A stretch of DNA of 64,000 nucleotides from Eledone cirrhosa (lineage: Eukaryota): NCBI GenBank assembly GCA_964016885.1, contig OZ024740.1, positions 128,526,001-128,590,000 of the forward strand, given 5' to 3'. Positions 14,193-28,350 of this stretch are shown here, in pieces. Position numbers and translations under genes: made by a program. Numbering within the stretch: position 1 is the stretch's first letter; every line of letters starts with the position of its first letter. A model generated the notes under the pieces. That model was not told the origin of the DNA, searched no databases, and saw nothing but the letters and a program-made list of their open reading frames with translations.

Positions 14193-15635
14193 TGCGTGCA
14201 TGTATGAAAACAATAAGATTTGAAGGTGTTCCTAATGTTGTTTTATATAACATGTCATTTTAAAGTACAAAAATGTGGGATTGCAGAAATAATTATGGTC
14301 ATGTTATATGTTTTTTTACTGGCCTCCTTCATCTGCCTGTAAATTTTCAAAGTGTGAATTCTAATGTTATATTTGTATTGATGCTGTGTATTTTCACGCC
14401 ACTTAATATATTCTTTTTATATTTTCAGAGATGTATGTTTCATAAACATATCCGTTATTGTTTATAAATCAAATCTCAAACTCAGTATCTAAATAAACAA
14501 TTACTTTCCACGTATTAGCATCGTTTGTAGTGCGTTTTTGGTTGCTTGGAGGTATCTATAATGCAGTGCAGATAATCAACAAATTGCATATCAATCCCCA
14601 CAAGCTACAATACGTAACTAGAAAAATAGGGTTTTCTCTGTTTTAGATATAAACAATATATTGCTTAATTTGAAAGGGAGAACAGAGGCTCTATCACCTC
14701 TATCATACTAACTATGTCTATTTGTAGCTCCAGTTGTATTCGCATTGGCTTCTACCTGATTATTAACTAGGCACTTTTGTTTTACCGAATATTGTTCTTT
14801 ACACACTAACAATTACTTTTTCAGTAAACACGACTGTCTTCTACACTCTCATTTTCTGACATCGGGCATTACTGACCTCCAGAATAACTGATCACTGACA
14901 ATATGTCATGCATGTCACATTTATACTTTCATTTCCACTTGGAATCACTGCCTTCTAAACCAACGCTTGCTTGTTTATTATATATTACTACCTTCTAAAT
15001 AGTCTACAGGCCCCATGTTAAACAGTTCACAGTTATTTTATCAAAGAAACGAATAAAAAATACGTGTTCCTCATTTTCTCCGCACTGTTTGGCAAACAGA
15101 CGGTAAAGCACTTTCACTACACCGATGCTCCCCAACTGTTATACCAATGACGATAAACAAAATGACAATATTAATAATGATGATGCTAATAATAATGATA
15201 ATAATAATGGTAACAACAATAATATAAATGACATTAATGGTAATAATAATTATAATAATAATAGTCATTACTATGATAGAAATACCAACTAAATAAACAT
15301 AAATATAAATAAATAAAATTAATGTTCTCTCAATTTTACCTTTCGTTTTACGGAATGCAATTATTATAATTAATATAAATAATTTCGATTCATTTACAAA
15401 AACTGTTTGTTTGGAGTAGTCGTAATAAAACTCAATATATTTTTCTCTTTCGTGCTGAAGTGGGGTGTTGGGAAAGGAGTGGACCGGAAGGATGCGAGAG
15501 ATATTGGATAGTTGGAATCGAATGAAATTAATAATCAATAATATGTTTGTAATTACGTTCAATCATAAACATCGGCATTTGAATATAATGTACTTGAGCG
15601 CTTTTTCATTCTCTCATACAATTGATATTATTATT

Positions 15636-15697
<62 letters not shown>

Positions 15698-17339
15698 GTT
15701 ATCATCACCTCCACCACCATTATTATTATTGTTTTATCTTTGAAATCGATATTGCATCAGCAATTTGATTGATTAGAATTATACAAAAATATCTTAAATG
15801 GTTTTCTTTGTTGTTTGTTTCTTATGAAAAAATAATATAATATTTTATTAGTTTTTAATATCTCAAATTGTATTTACGTGTAATTAATATAGTATTAATT
15901 TTGCTACTCAATGATAACTACGACGGCAACAATCACGATAGCTAACATTGGCTTAAAATCTCTAAATCATATAGGATAGTGGAAAGTTGTGAAGGCCTTT
16001 CGCTATACAAGTGGAATGAGTCGCATAACAAATAATGAATTAAACATGCTCCCGGATACAATTAGCCGTGAGATTAAACTTTATCTACATTACAGTATTG
16101 AATGAAAACGGCTGTGTTACTAATGTAGTGGACTATCAGTTTAGGGGACTAAAAACCAAAGGCGCCTAAAGACATTTCAAATTTTCATAATGTAGTAATT
16201 GTTGATGTTATTTAGCCCTTAGGTGAATCCCAATTTAGCTGACCTATGATCAGAAGCTTTCAATTTGTAGCAATCTTCTTGTTGATGATATAGAGTGGAG
16301 AACGATATCGAAATTCGTTTTTCTCTTAAACGTGTAGTGTGTGATTTGAAGGCATTTTCGGTTATTATTTCTAAAAGGATGATTGCTCGCACAGAGGCTG
16401 AGTCTAGGTGTCTGTTCATGGGGAAACATCTCCTATAGAGTATTAAATTCATATCTCTGTTCTTCACAGTATGCAATATGTACTGACCAACATCTCGCAA
16501 AATATATTACGAAGTTAAAAAATTGTAGTGCATTGACATTCACATTTGGCCTGGTGTTTCCTTAATTTCAGATTTAAAATTCTATACATATATTCTTTTA
16601 GAATACTCAACGCATAAAAGATGGAGCAGGCACATATTGGTTTCCACAGTGAGCGTTCAACTTGCTCATGAAACTAATATGCAAGAGGCTGAGCATTTCA
16701 CAAACATGTAATTCTCAACGGGACATGATTCCAAACATTCTACCCGCTTAATGGGACAGACAAGTGATGGCTCGATACGGGACTATGGTAAATAACACTG
16801 GTCCAAAGTGCGACACAGATGTATTGCGCTTTAGACTTCTTAAACATTTGAATACACAGCAAACCCCTCAAATTATCAAATTTAGCTTGGCGAAAATAAT
16901 TGGAATTGAAAAGTTATACACAGATATTAAATTTAAAAAAATTCTAAAACAAAAAAGTCCAGCTGAGGGCACAAATAAATTGCTACGGCTGTTGGTGGCG
17001 GGGCCCCACTACAGAGGGGAGGGGTTGCCCTCTTTTACCCCCCATTAAATCCGGCTATGTTGTGAAGGTGTGAATCCGTTATCGATATTTTTTTAGAAGA
17101 CATGCAAATCTTGTATGAAGTGAAGTATATGACAGGTTTCGCCTACTCATATTCAACCGCTTACGATGAAGTTGTTCATAACTATTTAACGATACCTTTG
17201 CAATACATGTGAACTCAAGTGATACACACACTGACATACACCCATATTCTATAGACATTTAGACACACAGGTTGATAAATAAAAAGATAAACAGAAAATG
17301 AATGAATAGATAAATAGATAGATATATAGATAGATATCT

Positions 17340-17782
17340 TTCTTTATTTGCCACACGGGCGTACAAATATGGGACATTACAAGACCTGACAGCGGAGGTT
17401 TTACATAAAATAACTTTAACATTAATAAATAACAATAAACTATATATAAAAAAATAACAACTGAAATCCCCAATAGGGGGGGAACGTTACTGCGGGGTTG
17501 TTTTAGAACAACCCTCAACACCAGGAACACGTTTTATAGGTGATCCTGTGTTCCCTCTGTTTATCTCCCTCAACCTATAGGTTTATATACAGAGTAGGCC
17601 CATTTATTCGGACCATTTTCGCCAGGTTCACCCACCTTTCAGCGAATTTACTGGGGCGTAGCACCTCTCTCTCTACGCTCACCTTTCTTCTGAAGTGATA
17701 CTTAAAGAAGGGGATAAGTTGTTGTCCGGGGAGAAAGGTGTTTGCCCTCAGTCCTTTTAACCTCATCCACCATATTACCTCT
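17340..17782 (-). mobile_element. L1/Tx1-like LINE 3' end
   Basis: ORF end ..WMRLKGLRANTFLPGQQLIPFFKYHFRRKVSVEREVL..FAERW..; 3' UTR ends GTGGCAAATAAAGAAA, similar to 40630-40650. Confidence 0.6.
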
Positions 17783-17862
17783 TATATAGATAGATAGATA
17801 CATAGATACATAGGCAGGTATTTATATTGCTAGACATATTCGGTCCTTATATATATATATAT

Positions 17863-18487
17863 ATATGAAAAATATGGGTGAGAAGAATACTGCTGGTTGC
17901 ACATGGATAACATGTTATAAAATGAGTCCCTCATCAGTGATTTACCAAACGATCATGGGTATTTCATCGCATTAAAAATCATATACCTCACTTTGGAGCG
18001 ATAATAACTAAAATAAGTTATTAGGACAATAGAAACGCGTAAAGCGAGTGAGACAAGTAAACAACACAGAGGGAAGCTAACCGAAGATGGAAATAAACAC
18101 AAGCAACATAGTTATTCTTTCAGCATAAGCTGTGTGAATATATGCGCGAGTCGAAAACAGACCTTTCGCTAGTGAATCCGGTGTTAGAAAGAAGGAAAAC
18201 CGTTTTCACAGCGAACGGGAGGAAGAAAGAGGGGGAGAAACAGGGACTGAGTGAGTGGGAGTGCGAGGAAGAGGTCAGTAGAGAGAAAGTGTTAACTGAC
18301 ATAGCAGAGGGGACGAAAGAAAGTAAGAGAAACAGAGAGAACGAGGGAGCAGTAAGAGAGAAAGAGAGAAACACAGAATTGCAGTTTGGGTAAATATATG
18401 AAAAATAGGGGTGAGAAGAATACTGCTGGTTGCACATGGATAACATGTTATAAAATGAGTCCCTCATCAGTGATTTACCAAACGATA
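17863..18487 (-). mobile_element. Family C non-coding element, ~533-bp monomer with ~90-bp terminal direct repeat
   Basis: 17863-17953 repeated at 18396-18486; flanked by (TA)n; no credible ORF. Confidence 0.85.
17926..18027 (-). ncRNA. Rearranged (non-circularly permuted) hammerhead motif, family C
   Basis: GTCC-hairpin-TCGC-CCAAA-GGTA-TA-TGATTT..GCGA-T-GAAA-TACC..TTTGG-TAAATCA-CTGATGA-G-GGAC. Confidence 0.7.
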
Positions 18488-18497
18488 TATATATATG

Positions 18498-18711
18498 TTA
18501 GTAAAAAGGAAAAGAAGATGCTGACAAATTTTTCCCAGTGAAAAATAGTTCAATTAGGAATGAATTAGTAATAAGTATTCGTTTAACTAATACTTATTAC
18601 TAATTGATACTTATTCCTAATTAAACTATTTTTCACCGGGAAAAATTTGTCAGCATTTTCTTTTCCTTTTTACTAATATATCACAACTCGTGTGTCACAC
18701 CTCTATTTTTT

Positions 18712-18713
<2 letters not shown>
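18498..18713 (+). mobile_element. Family B fold-back element (short copy)
   Basis: Inverted arms spanning 18498-18676 plus tail ..TGTGTCACACCTCTATT; homologous to 31335-31770. Confidence 0.8.
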
Positions 18714-18787
<74 letters not shown>

Positions 18788-18862
18788 AGTATGTGTGTGT
18801 GTGTGTGCGTTAGTGTTTATATATATATATATATATATACGTATGTATATATATATACATAC

Positions 18863-18932
<70 letters not shown>

Positions 18933-18947
18933 TATATATATATATGT

Positions 18948-19112
18948 ACGGACAGTATAGAGAAAGCGTTTACCCGGAGGATGGGGAGGGAGATGGGCTG
19001 GAAGACCCATTCCAGCTCGCAAGGCTCACACCTGCGGCTGGCCAGCTTTGCGCCGATGGTGGTGAGTAGTGAGATGGCTCTAGGGCCAAAGATACCAGAA
19101 GTCTCCACAGCA
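18948..19112 (-). mobile_element. CRE-like (restriction-like endonuclease) non-LTR element C-terminal fragment
   Basis: [47 protein letters not shown] matches the (A)VETxG..FQR(I/L)SxA(I/V)xRGNA..IL C-terminal motif. Confidence 0.7.
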
Positions 19113-20499
19113 CCTTATTATTAATGCGAGTGCACCGATACGGTCTTGAATGTTATTATACCGTACATGAAATATAATAATTATTCTGCATTCGGTTGAA
19201 TACGTGTCGAACACGTAACGTAAATACACAGTTTATTTTAGGTATATTCCTGAAATCTCAATCAAAATATCGTTTGGGCCAACGTATGTGACTCAGTGGG
19301 GTCGCTCAACCTGTTAGAAAAAGTCGTTAAATGATCCTCAATCCACAAGATACCATCAACACGTCTTTGATCGCTTAATTGTAACTGAGAAAGAGGAGAT
19401 GGAAAGCAGAAAAATACTGAAGAATCCTTCACATCTACTAACAGCAACAACATCAACATCACCATCACCGTCACCAATTCCACCATCATTTCAGCATAAC
19501 CCTGCTGCAGCTGCTGCTGCTACTACTCCGTCCGAGAGCTTTATACTATATTGATTTTGCTAGATGTATCTCCAATTGATTAACTGGAATGGGTCTCCGT
19601 CGGTTAACTCGTGTAAAAATGTGTAGTTGTCAATCAATTTGTTTAGTTAACACACACATCAGGTCACGTAACATTTTAGAACTAAAATTCCTAAGGATAT
19701 TAACATTACCTTTCATTCCACCAGTATTGGGAGAATTTGTTTCTGATATATAACAAAATGATAGCAGTGCATTTGAATTCATACTCTATGAACTAGTGTG
19801 TGTGAGTATGTGTGTGCGAGTATGTGTGTGCGAGTATGTGTGTGCGACTATGATTAATTATTAAAGAACTGCCGCGTTATGCCTTTGAATCTTATTGTGC
19901 TAATCATGCAATGCAATAATTATTCTGCATTCGGGTAGTTTGGATAGAGCTACATATATTTATTTTAATGTATTCTTTTACTGTTATCAATGTTATGACG
20001 GTGACCAAAGGTTCAGCTGAAAATGTCGACCCTAGTCATCCCATGGGCTCCTGATTCCTGAGTCATTTTAGGGCCATCAAAACATACGACCTATCTTCGG
20101 CAACTAAAACAGACGGAATGCTTCCCTCGCCAGGTCAGAACACAAGCAATTTCTTATTTCTTCAAAGGAGAGTAAGAAAGAGAGAGCGCGTGAGAGAGAG
20201 TGAGAGGGAGAAAGAGGGAGAGAGAGAGAGAAAGAGAGAGAGAGCGAGAGAGAGAGAGAGACTTTCTTCATCAAACCCAGAAGGGCGAGAGATAAATTTG
20301 ACCTCAGCGGGATTTGAAGCTAGAGGAGAAAGAACCTGATCGAATAAGGCAAAGCATATTTCCAATGTTTCAATGACTCTGCCATTTCGCCAGCTAACGA
20401 TCCCAGTATTCAATTCGCAGAAGTCTTTTTCTGTATTTGTCGAAAAACTAAGTTAGGATACGTAAAAAGTGAGTACCGGTTGTTATGAGGTGTAAGCGT

Positions 20500-20603
<104 letters not shown>

Positions 20604-21650
20604 CCTAGAACAGCACATCAACTTTCTCACCTAATTTGCTGGAAATAACGTCCGAATCTCCCCAATTTACATTAGACACTCTTATATAAAAGTGACAGAA
20701 CATATTAAGAAATTGAAACTTCGCAGATGTGTAAATGAAATGTTTTTGTAGCACATGTTAACATATGAGATGTGTTTGTGGTTTGCATGCCTTTCCAATA
20801 AGTTAGTGGCGTGAGATGGGCATTGGTAGGTGTCAGCCTAGGCTCTGAATATTAATAAAAATAACAAGAACAATATTAGTTGTAATAGAAACGGCGACAA
20901 CAACACCAATAACATCAACAACAACTAGGAAGTCAATTTCTTCAATACTAAAATGTGTCAGTAAATAGAACTGGTCAATTGCTTCCCTCTTTAAGTAATT
21001 GACGTGAGTCATTCAATCAAGCAATAAGAACACAAACAATTTTTGCTAATCAAAGAAGACGTCTTTCCAATCTATGTAGAAAGTTAGATTAGCTGGGTTT
21101 TGACAATAACTTTAAGCTGTTAGGGTCAACATTCTACGCAATCTGGCTGAATGATAAATATCAAAGATATCAAAGCTGAAAAGACTACGATTGAAAGGGT
21201 TGTAGTGCACAGCTGAATAATTCTACTTTTCTAAGCAAACAATTCTTTCCTGTATATTTAATTAGTGATTCTTCTACACGTTTTCGGCAAGTAGAGACAA
21301 GTCTATGTTTCATTGATGAAGTCATAATACGACAGAAATATGCCAGGAATTATCTATCGTACAATGCTAAATAATTAGAAATATTATTTGTTCATGAAGT
21401 GTTTTCTTACTGCATAATTATTTCCTGTAAGCTTTTTAATGCTCCCTGCACCAAAGTTTGCAACGCTAAATTAGCAATGTTTTTATGCACATGGTGACTG
21501 TATATAAATCCCTTTGCTTATATAATTTACTTTCTACTACAATAAGTGTACTATTCTACATTTACTTAGTGATTCTCCCATGACTGCTTCTGTAAGAAGT
21601 TTGATGATGTCATAATGATGCATGAATTTATTCGAAATAATTGAAATAAT

Positions 21651-21840
21651 TGTTTCTACGTTAGGCACAAGGCCAGCAAATACCCAGTGCATTACTGATA
21701 CTTTATTTTATCGACCCCGTAAGGATGAAAGGCAAAGTTAACCCTGGCGGGATTTGAACTCAGAATGGCAAGGGCCGTAACTCTATATGTCAAAGCATGG
21801 CGTCCGACCCTCTACCATTACTGCCAATCCACCGCCTTAA
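21651..21840 (-). mobile_element. tRNA-derived SINE family 1 with 18-bp flanking direct repeat
   Basis: Minus strand: A box TGGCAGTAATGG, B box GTTCAAATCC, core GCCTTTCATCCTTACGGGGTCGATAAAA; CGAAATAATTGAAATAAT at 21633-21650 and 21843-21860. Confidence 0.85.
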
Positions 21841-22223
21841 ACCGAAATAATTGAAATAATACTATCCATTAGTATTAGTTCTTATCCTCACAGAACACTT
21901 ATTTCTTAGTAGTCTCTTAATGCTCTCTCATCAAATAGGGTAACAGTAACTTAACTATAACTTTTCCTATAGATGGCATACCTGAGTATGCATAGAGCTG
22001 GAAATATTCATCACAATATATTTTTACAGCAGATTATATTGACTGACTGAATATTGACAAGCTTAATTGCAGTGCTACTCAAAACCCGAGAGACTGTCCC
22101 TAGAGAATCCAATAATTAATTGAGACTTCGTCATTTATAAAGGAGAACAAACCGATCTGGAAGCATCTTTGAAATCAAAGCTGTATTCGCCTTGAACAAC
22201 AAAAGAACAAAAGATCATTATTG

Positions 22224-22297
<74 letters not shown>

Positions 22298-23784
22298 TAT
22301 TCACTTGCTTTATTTCATTGGTCAGTTGTTAGATGTACCCAACCTTCTATTGAGAATATTTTGTTTTAGCTCTATCGAGCCGAATTTCATTGTATGCAGC
22401 ACGCCAATTCTAAGCAAAACAAAGGAAATATATCCCATTAAATATATATATTATATAAATACACCCATAAACAGACGCTTTCTTTAGAAATAATATCAAC
22501 CGCAACATATTTGAATCAACGGGTAACTCTTAGTGTGCTTCTTCGCCGTCTATTTTAATTCAATTTGTATTTAGGATGTTCTGCTGGACTATTAGATCAA
22601 CTATACTTAAATATCCCTTTAATAACTCGCTACACTCATAACAATACAAGATTTATTTTATAACGTAGTCCTAAGCATATTATACCCGAAATGATGAAGT
22701 CGTCACGTTTCGTACAACTTTGACTATCACTCTAAGCTGTTAAGTCATATCTGTGTTTAAAAGTAAGCTCGTTTGGAAAATAAATGCCAGATGATATCAC
22801 TGATTTGAAGAATATTTAATAGTAAAGGCCATTATGGAATAGATCCTTTACTTTCTCTATCAAACTCAAAGATTTACAAGAAATCACTAGTAATTTTATT
22901 CTACATTCTCACTGCTTTCATTAGTAAGATGTAGTCATAATCTGCATCCCTTTTATATTAGATTGAGTATAGAGTGATACATGTTGGATTCTCTATTTGG
23001 TTACAAGTGTGGCTGGAAAAGCAGCCAAATCTCTTTCAGAGCATAATCTATCCTCTTAAAAAGGACATGTTGAATAATGTTACCCCAGTTTTCTTCTAAA
23101 AATAGAGGAGATAGTTACGACTGGAAAGCCATTTTGTTGTTGTTTAGTCCCAGGATGTATGTGGGACTAAATAACAACCACAAAAACTGCAATAATCGCA
23201 ACACGGAATGCAGGTAATGAGATTCGAACATTCGATCTGTCAGTAGATGTCTTATGAACTATCTATTTACTGAATTCATACTATCCTTAGCAAAACGAAG
23301 AAAAGCAACAAAGCAATTATCTCAAACAGAAGAAAAATATAAAATAAGAAAAAGATGAAACATCATTCGAACTATTTTTGCATCAATTTCAGTGGTTCTA
23401 AGTCATTCCGACATTTAATAGGTTAACAACGCTAAACCGCTATCTTGCCAACGTTAGTTGTGTTTGTTGAAGTTATATTAGTAATTCTTTCAGCATTCTC
23501 AACTTTGAAGGGAAGTTACTGTGCCAAATGCCTTTAGCAATGGAACGAAAATGATACAGGTTCTTATTCTTATTATTCAACAAACCATAATGCAGATTTG
23601 ATGAAATTTGTATTAATTTTCACGATAAAGTATGTATATATGATATTTTAGGTGAAAAACCTAATATAACACTTCCAATCATTTTATTAATTTCTACGTG
23701 AGTTTCAATTTTAACAAAATACAATCGCAAAAAATATAAATATTTGCTATTGAGAGAATGATATATCCACTGCTTTTCAACTCT

Positions 23785-23842
<58 letters not shown>

Positions 23843-24037
23843 GTTGTTTCTACTTTTAGCACAAGGCCAGCAATTACCCAGTACATTACTGGTACATTAC
23901 TGGTACTTTATTTTTATCGACCTCGTAAGGATGAAAGGTAAAGTTAACCTCGACGGGATTTGAACTCAGACCGTAAAGGAACGAAACTATGCTGGAAAGC
24001 ATGGCGTCCGACCCTCTACCGATACTGCCAATTCACC
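23843..24037 (-). mobile_element. SINE family 1
   Basis: High similarity to 21651-21840. Confidence 0.85.
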
Positions 24038-24640
24038 GGTGACGCCGTGAATGTGTGTAAGCATATATCATTTTGTATGATAGCGATGAATGTTTTAAAG
24101 CTTGATTTCTTAATTTAGTTTTATATCTATATATCTCAATATATATACTAATCTCTATATTTTTTTCGTGCATAATATGTATACACATGCACTCATTCTT
24201 GGGCACAAACAAATATGTTTATGTGTGTAAACTATAGAAAGTCTCCTGAATGTTATTAGTTATTTAGCCTATATATCTCATTCAATTCGTTTCATTTTGT
24301 CTAAAATAACCTATTTTTAACAATTAGCACGTCTTCTTTGTATTTTGGCTGAATATAAGCACCGTCTGATACAATTATGCAGCACTCGAGGCATTACTAA
24401 GATATATCTATCGTCAGCTAAATCTCTTCAGTGAATGATTCACTAAACCGAATACGTGTCTACATAGCCACACACCCTATGTTGATATTGCACTATATAT
24501 TTTACTATTGAGTGTGTATTCTATTGAGACCTAATTTCTCATACGCCACATATTATACACCCATACATACATATACTCATAATCCTAGATATACATAAGT
24601 TAGTTTAATGTTATCTTGTATCTTATAAATATCTATGTGC

Positions 24641-24747
<107 letters not shown>

Positions 24748-26228
24748 TGTGTGTGTGTGTGTGTGCGCGTGCGTGTGTGTATGTGTGTGTGTGTGTGTGT
24801 GCGTGTGCGTGTGCGTGTGTGTGCGTGTGTGAGTGCGTGTGTATGCCAGCTGTTATATGTATATAGTCAATGCTGAGATTCATATGATAAAAGCTAACAG
24901 GTTTACCACATTTTATAGCACAGGATGGTCATATATAATTTTAAATGCAAATAATAGGGTTTTGATTTTACTCTCTTACAAGGTCCGATATTACATTTGA
25001 ATTCCACATTTATGATGATAATTTTGAGTAATTAATAATAATCATGGCATTCATATACCATTCGTACGGTTAATCTATATGTGTTCTTCAAGATTTGAGA
25101 CGGAATCGTGTAAACTGATGAAAAATACAGCTACTATATCTTGTAGGTCAAACGGCAACGTAAAAGTTCCCTGATTGGCGTGAGATAAAAAAGTTGTTTA
25201 TATATCAGAAAACAAGATTAATAAATGAAGATATACCCTGTTATTGGTTTTTAGTCCCAGATCCAATCTTATCAATCAGAACTATGATAAAAGTTATTCT
25301 ACTCTTATCAATCAGAACTATGGTAAAAGTTATTCTAGCCCGAATTGTCATCTTTTCATATACCAGAAAGTGTATTCACCAGTGTAATAACCAGCTATTT
25401 AAGCTGGTTTTGGTGTGAACTGAAAGAAACTTTACATTTGTTTCGAACAGGCTGAGCGACCGCGTAGACGATATCTCGTTTGTTCGCAAAGATATAGGTT
25501 TTTCTCTCGCTGGCATCATCGATCAATTTTCTCCAGAAGGTTAAAATAAGCTATCAAAAATTTATGCCACAAATACATAGGGACACGTAGAATAATTTTT
25601 CTGCAGATATCCATGGAAAATTCACTAATACAAAATATCTACTATCAACAGAATGTAAAAAGTACATAATAAACAAAGAAGAGAGAATCTTGTTCAAACG
25701 TTATAAGATCAACAATTTGAAATGAAAACAAGAATATCGGAACAAACATTCATTAATCACCTGATCAAACTGCATAAACTCTAATGACATGCTAATAGTT
25801 TCAACATTGGAATTAACTGTTAGAACGAATAGCAGGTTACTAATACTCTCTCCCCTCTCTATTTATTTATTTATAAATAGATGTATATTTATGCATGCAC
25901 ACATAAACACACATATGCGCAGATATATACAGACAAAAGAAAATATAGGCACTACCACCGTCACTCACGTATGACCTGGTAGTATGCACAATGCTTGCAA
26001 ACGCATACATCCTCCACAAAAACATACATAGACGCACAGCATATAAACATACGCACACACTCACAGCACTTTCTTTATCCCTCCCTCTCTCTGTCTCTCC
26101 ATCTCTCTCTCTATATATATATGTATTTATATATATATATACAATTGCACACACAAACACGCACAGACACATATGTGCGCGTCTGTGTATTGAAAAGTGT
26201 GCTTTTGTTTGTGTGTTTGTACTTATGG

Positions 26229-26480
26229 GAAGGCGGATGGCTTAGTTTGCTTTGCAATCGCAATGTTGTGAGTTCGATTCTCAAACCGGATAATACGTTG
26301 TGTTCTTGATCAATATATTTTTTTATGTTGCTCTCATTTACTTGAGTGGCGACGATACTGATGCAAAGCTCTATTGGCCATTATCTTGCCATTGGACATT
26401 ATCGGCTGTGTGAAGAGGGGCGGCTGGTATGCATGCGTGACTGGTGGATTTCCACAAACAAACTTACCCGGACTTCTACC
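26229..26480 (+). mobile_element. tRNA-derived SINE family 2
   Basis: GAAGGCGGATGGCTTAGT..GTGAGTTCGATTCTC..GTTCTTGATCAA; similar to 9476. Confidence 0.6.
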
Positions 26481-26586
26481 TCGGAGGGGAACTTTCTATG
26501 TGTAAATCCCATAGTCATTCCTGCCCGAAGGGAATCTTAGAGACTATATTTATATGCATGTGTATGTATTTGATTATATGTATAGG

Positions 26587-26650
<64 letters not shown>

Positions 26651-26654
<4 letters not shown>

Positions 26655-27492
26655 TGATACGAAAAGATTTCCTGGTGAAAGTTCAGGTGAACTCCGCCTG
26701 TACATCCATTAATCCAGTTTCAGAGAGAAAATCCAATTTGAGAATTCAACGGTCACTCTTCCCTACATGTCTCCGTGCTTTTACCCCAGGGATCCGAGGC
26801 CTCGCGCACCAGGACTGAACAGAGTCTGATTTACCGCCTTGGGTCCTCTTTCCCTCAAGGACTCAACTCCCTTCCCCAAGTTTGTTATTACACGCGCGCT
26901 TACACATTCACCCCTAGAATCCTATGGCTCTCTTATGGTCAGAAACATATACTGTTACAGCTAATACAGGCCAACAAAATACGCACATTCCACTTTTCCT
27001 TTCACAGCTCTGTATACTCACACACACACTTATATTAACATCCTTCTGCTCATAGCTTAGTATTTACAACACACACACACGCTCCTTTACTTACACATGC
27101 ACACACATATCGTTTTAGCTTCGTACGGACGTATAATAAAACACACAGACACACACACACACACGCACGCACAGACACGCACGCGCACAAGTATAGCTCT
27201 TTATACAAAACGTCTTTTCTTTACCATTTCAGGTAGACGCGCTCCATGATCCAGTTTTCAAAAGAAAATATATCATACACAAAGCGTCAGCATCAACAGT
27301 TTTCCAAGAGATGTCAACATGAGTGGACCTGTTATTTTTCTCTAAAAACAAAATTTCTAATTCCACCACGCCCATCTTTTCAATCTTTCTAGTTTCTCAT
27401 TCTTTCTTCTGATGAAGAACTAGCATCCGAAACGTAGAGACCCTCTTTCCATATACTGTACCGATTGTGTTGTTATTTTTGTTTACCTTTTA
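26651..27492 (+). mobile_element. Penelope-like element 3' fragment (GIY-YIG C-terminus, 3' UTR, HHR)
   Basis: FNGHSSLHVSVLLPQGSEASRTRTEQSLIYRLGSSFPQGLN matches the PLE motif R..EQ.LI..LG...P.GLN; HHR motif at 27406. Confidence 0.75.
27406..27439 (+). ncRNA. Minimal hammerhead motif (stem II degenerate)
   Basis: CTT-CTGATGA-agaactagcatcc-GAAA-CG-TA-GAG. Confidence 0.55.
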
Positions 27493-27493
27493 C

Positions 27494-27524
<31 letters not shown>

Positions 27525-27529
27525 TATGT

Positions 27530-27733
27530 AACGAACGAAGTGTGGTAAGGAACCAAGTGGACCATAACGCACCAGGGTAATCGATGCTTAGGTTTGTAGA
27601 GTGGGCAATAGGAAAAGAGATAGGACCCCGACGACTGAGCTCCGGACGTTTCGACAGCTAGATCTGGGTTAGTTCAGATCTATCTGTCGAAACGGCCGGA
27701 GCTCAGCCGTCGGAGTCCTGACTCTTTTCCTAT
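27530..27733 (-). mobile_element. Family A fold-back element
   Basis: Reverse-oriented tail plus palindrome centred on the GACAGCTAGATCTG..CAGATCTATCTGTC hairpin. Confidence 0.8.
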
Positions 27734-27756
27734 TTATGTATATATATATAATAATG

Positions 27757-27852
27757 GTTTCTACATTTGGCACAAGGCCAGCAATTACCCAGTGCATTAC
27801 TGGTACTTTATTTTATCGACCCCGTAAGGATGAAAGGCAAAGTTAACCTCAA
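27757..27852 (-). mobile_element. SINE family 1, 3' half
   Basis: Near-identical to the 21651 and 23843 cores. Confidence 0.8.
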
Positions 27853-28252
27853 CTATAATAATAATATTATTTATACTTATATATACACTATATATAATTA
27901 TAAACAGGAAAGGTCAGTAATTCATTACTACCTTATTACCAGTAAGAAAAATATATTTGCCAAGTACCATTGCTTGTTTCCTACCTAGCTATCCTGTACA
28001 TGCCTAACACATTTGCACTCTCTATACGCTCGCATATGTACTGTTAATGTCCTCGTTTTGCGAGTAACTTTCTGCCTTAATTCCTCTATAATTGTTATAT
28101 TATTCTTTTGTAATCTTTGTCGCATCCACTGATAATGACCTCAAAATCTCCACTCTGTAAATATGACACTGTTGATAACAACACTAATATCTATGTATCT
28201 TTATGATTGTTCTGTGGAATAGGAAGTTAATTATATGTCTAAACTTTGCTAG

Positions 28253-28299
28253 TGCTCCGATGATTCGAAACGAAAGTTTGGAAGAAACGTTTGTCAGCA
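28253..28299 (+). ncRNA. Type I hammerhead motif (U4C variant or decay)
   Basis: TGCT-CCGATGA-TTCGAAAC gaaa GTTTGGAA-GAAA-CGTTTG-TC-AGCA. Confidence 0.65.
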
Positions 28300-28350
28300 A
28301 TAAAATCTTTTGAACATAGTTTTGACTATTCTGTAATTTATATATATATA

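Noticed and set aside
16960-17060. GC-rich end ..CCCCCATTAAATCCGGCTATG resembling a DNA-transposon TIR
   Set aside because: No matching opposite terminus or target-site duplication found
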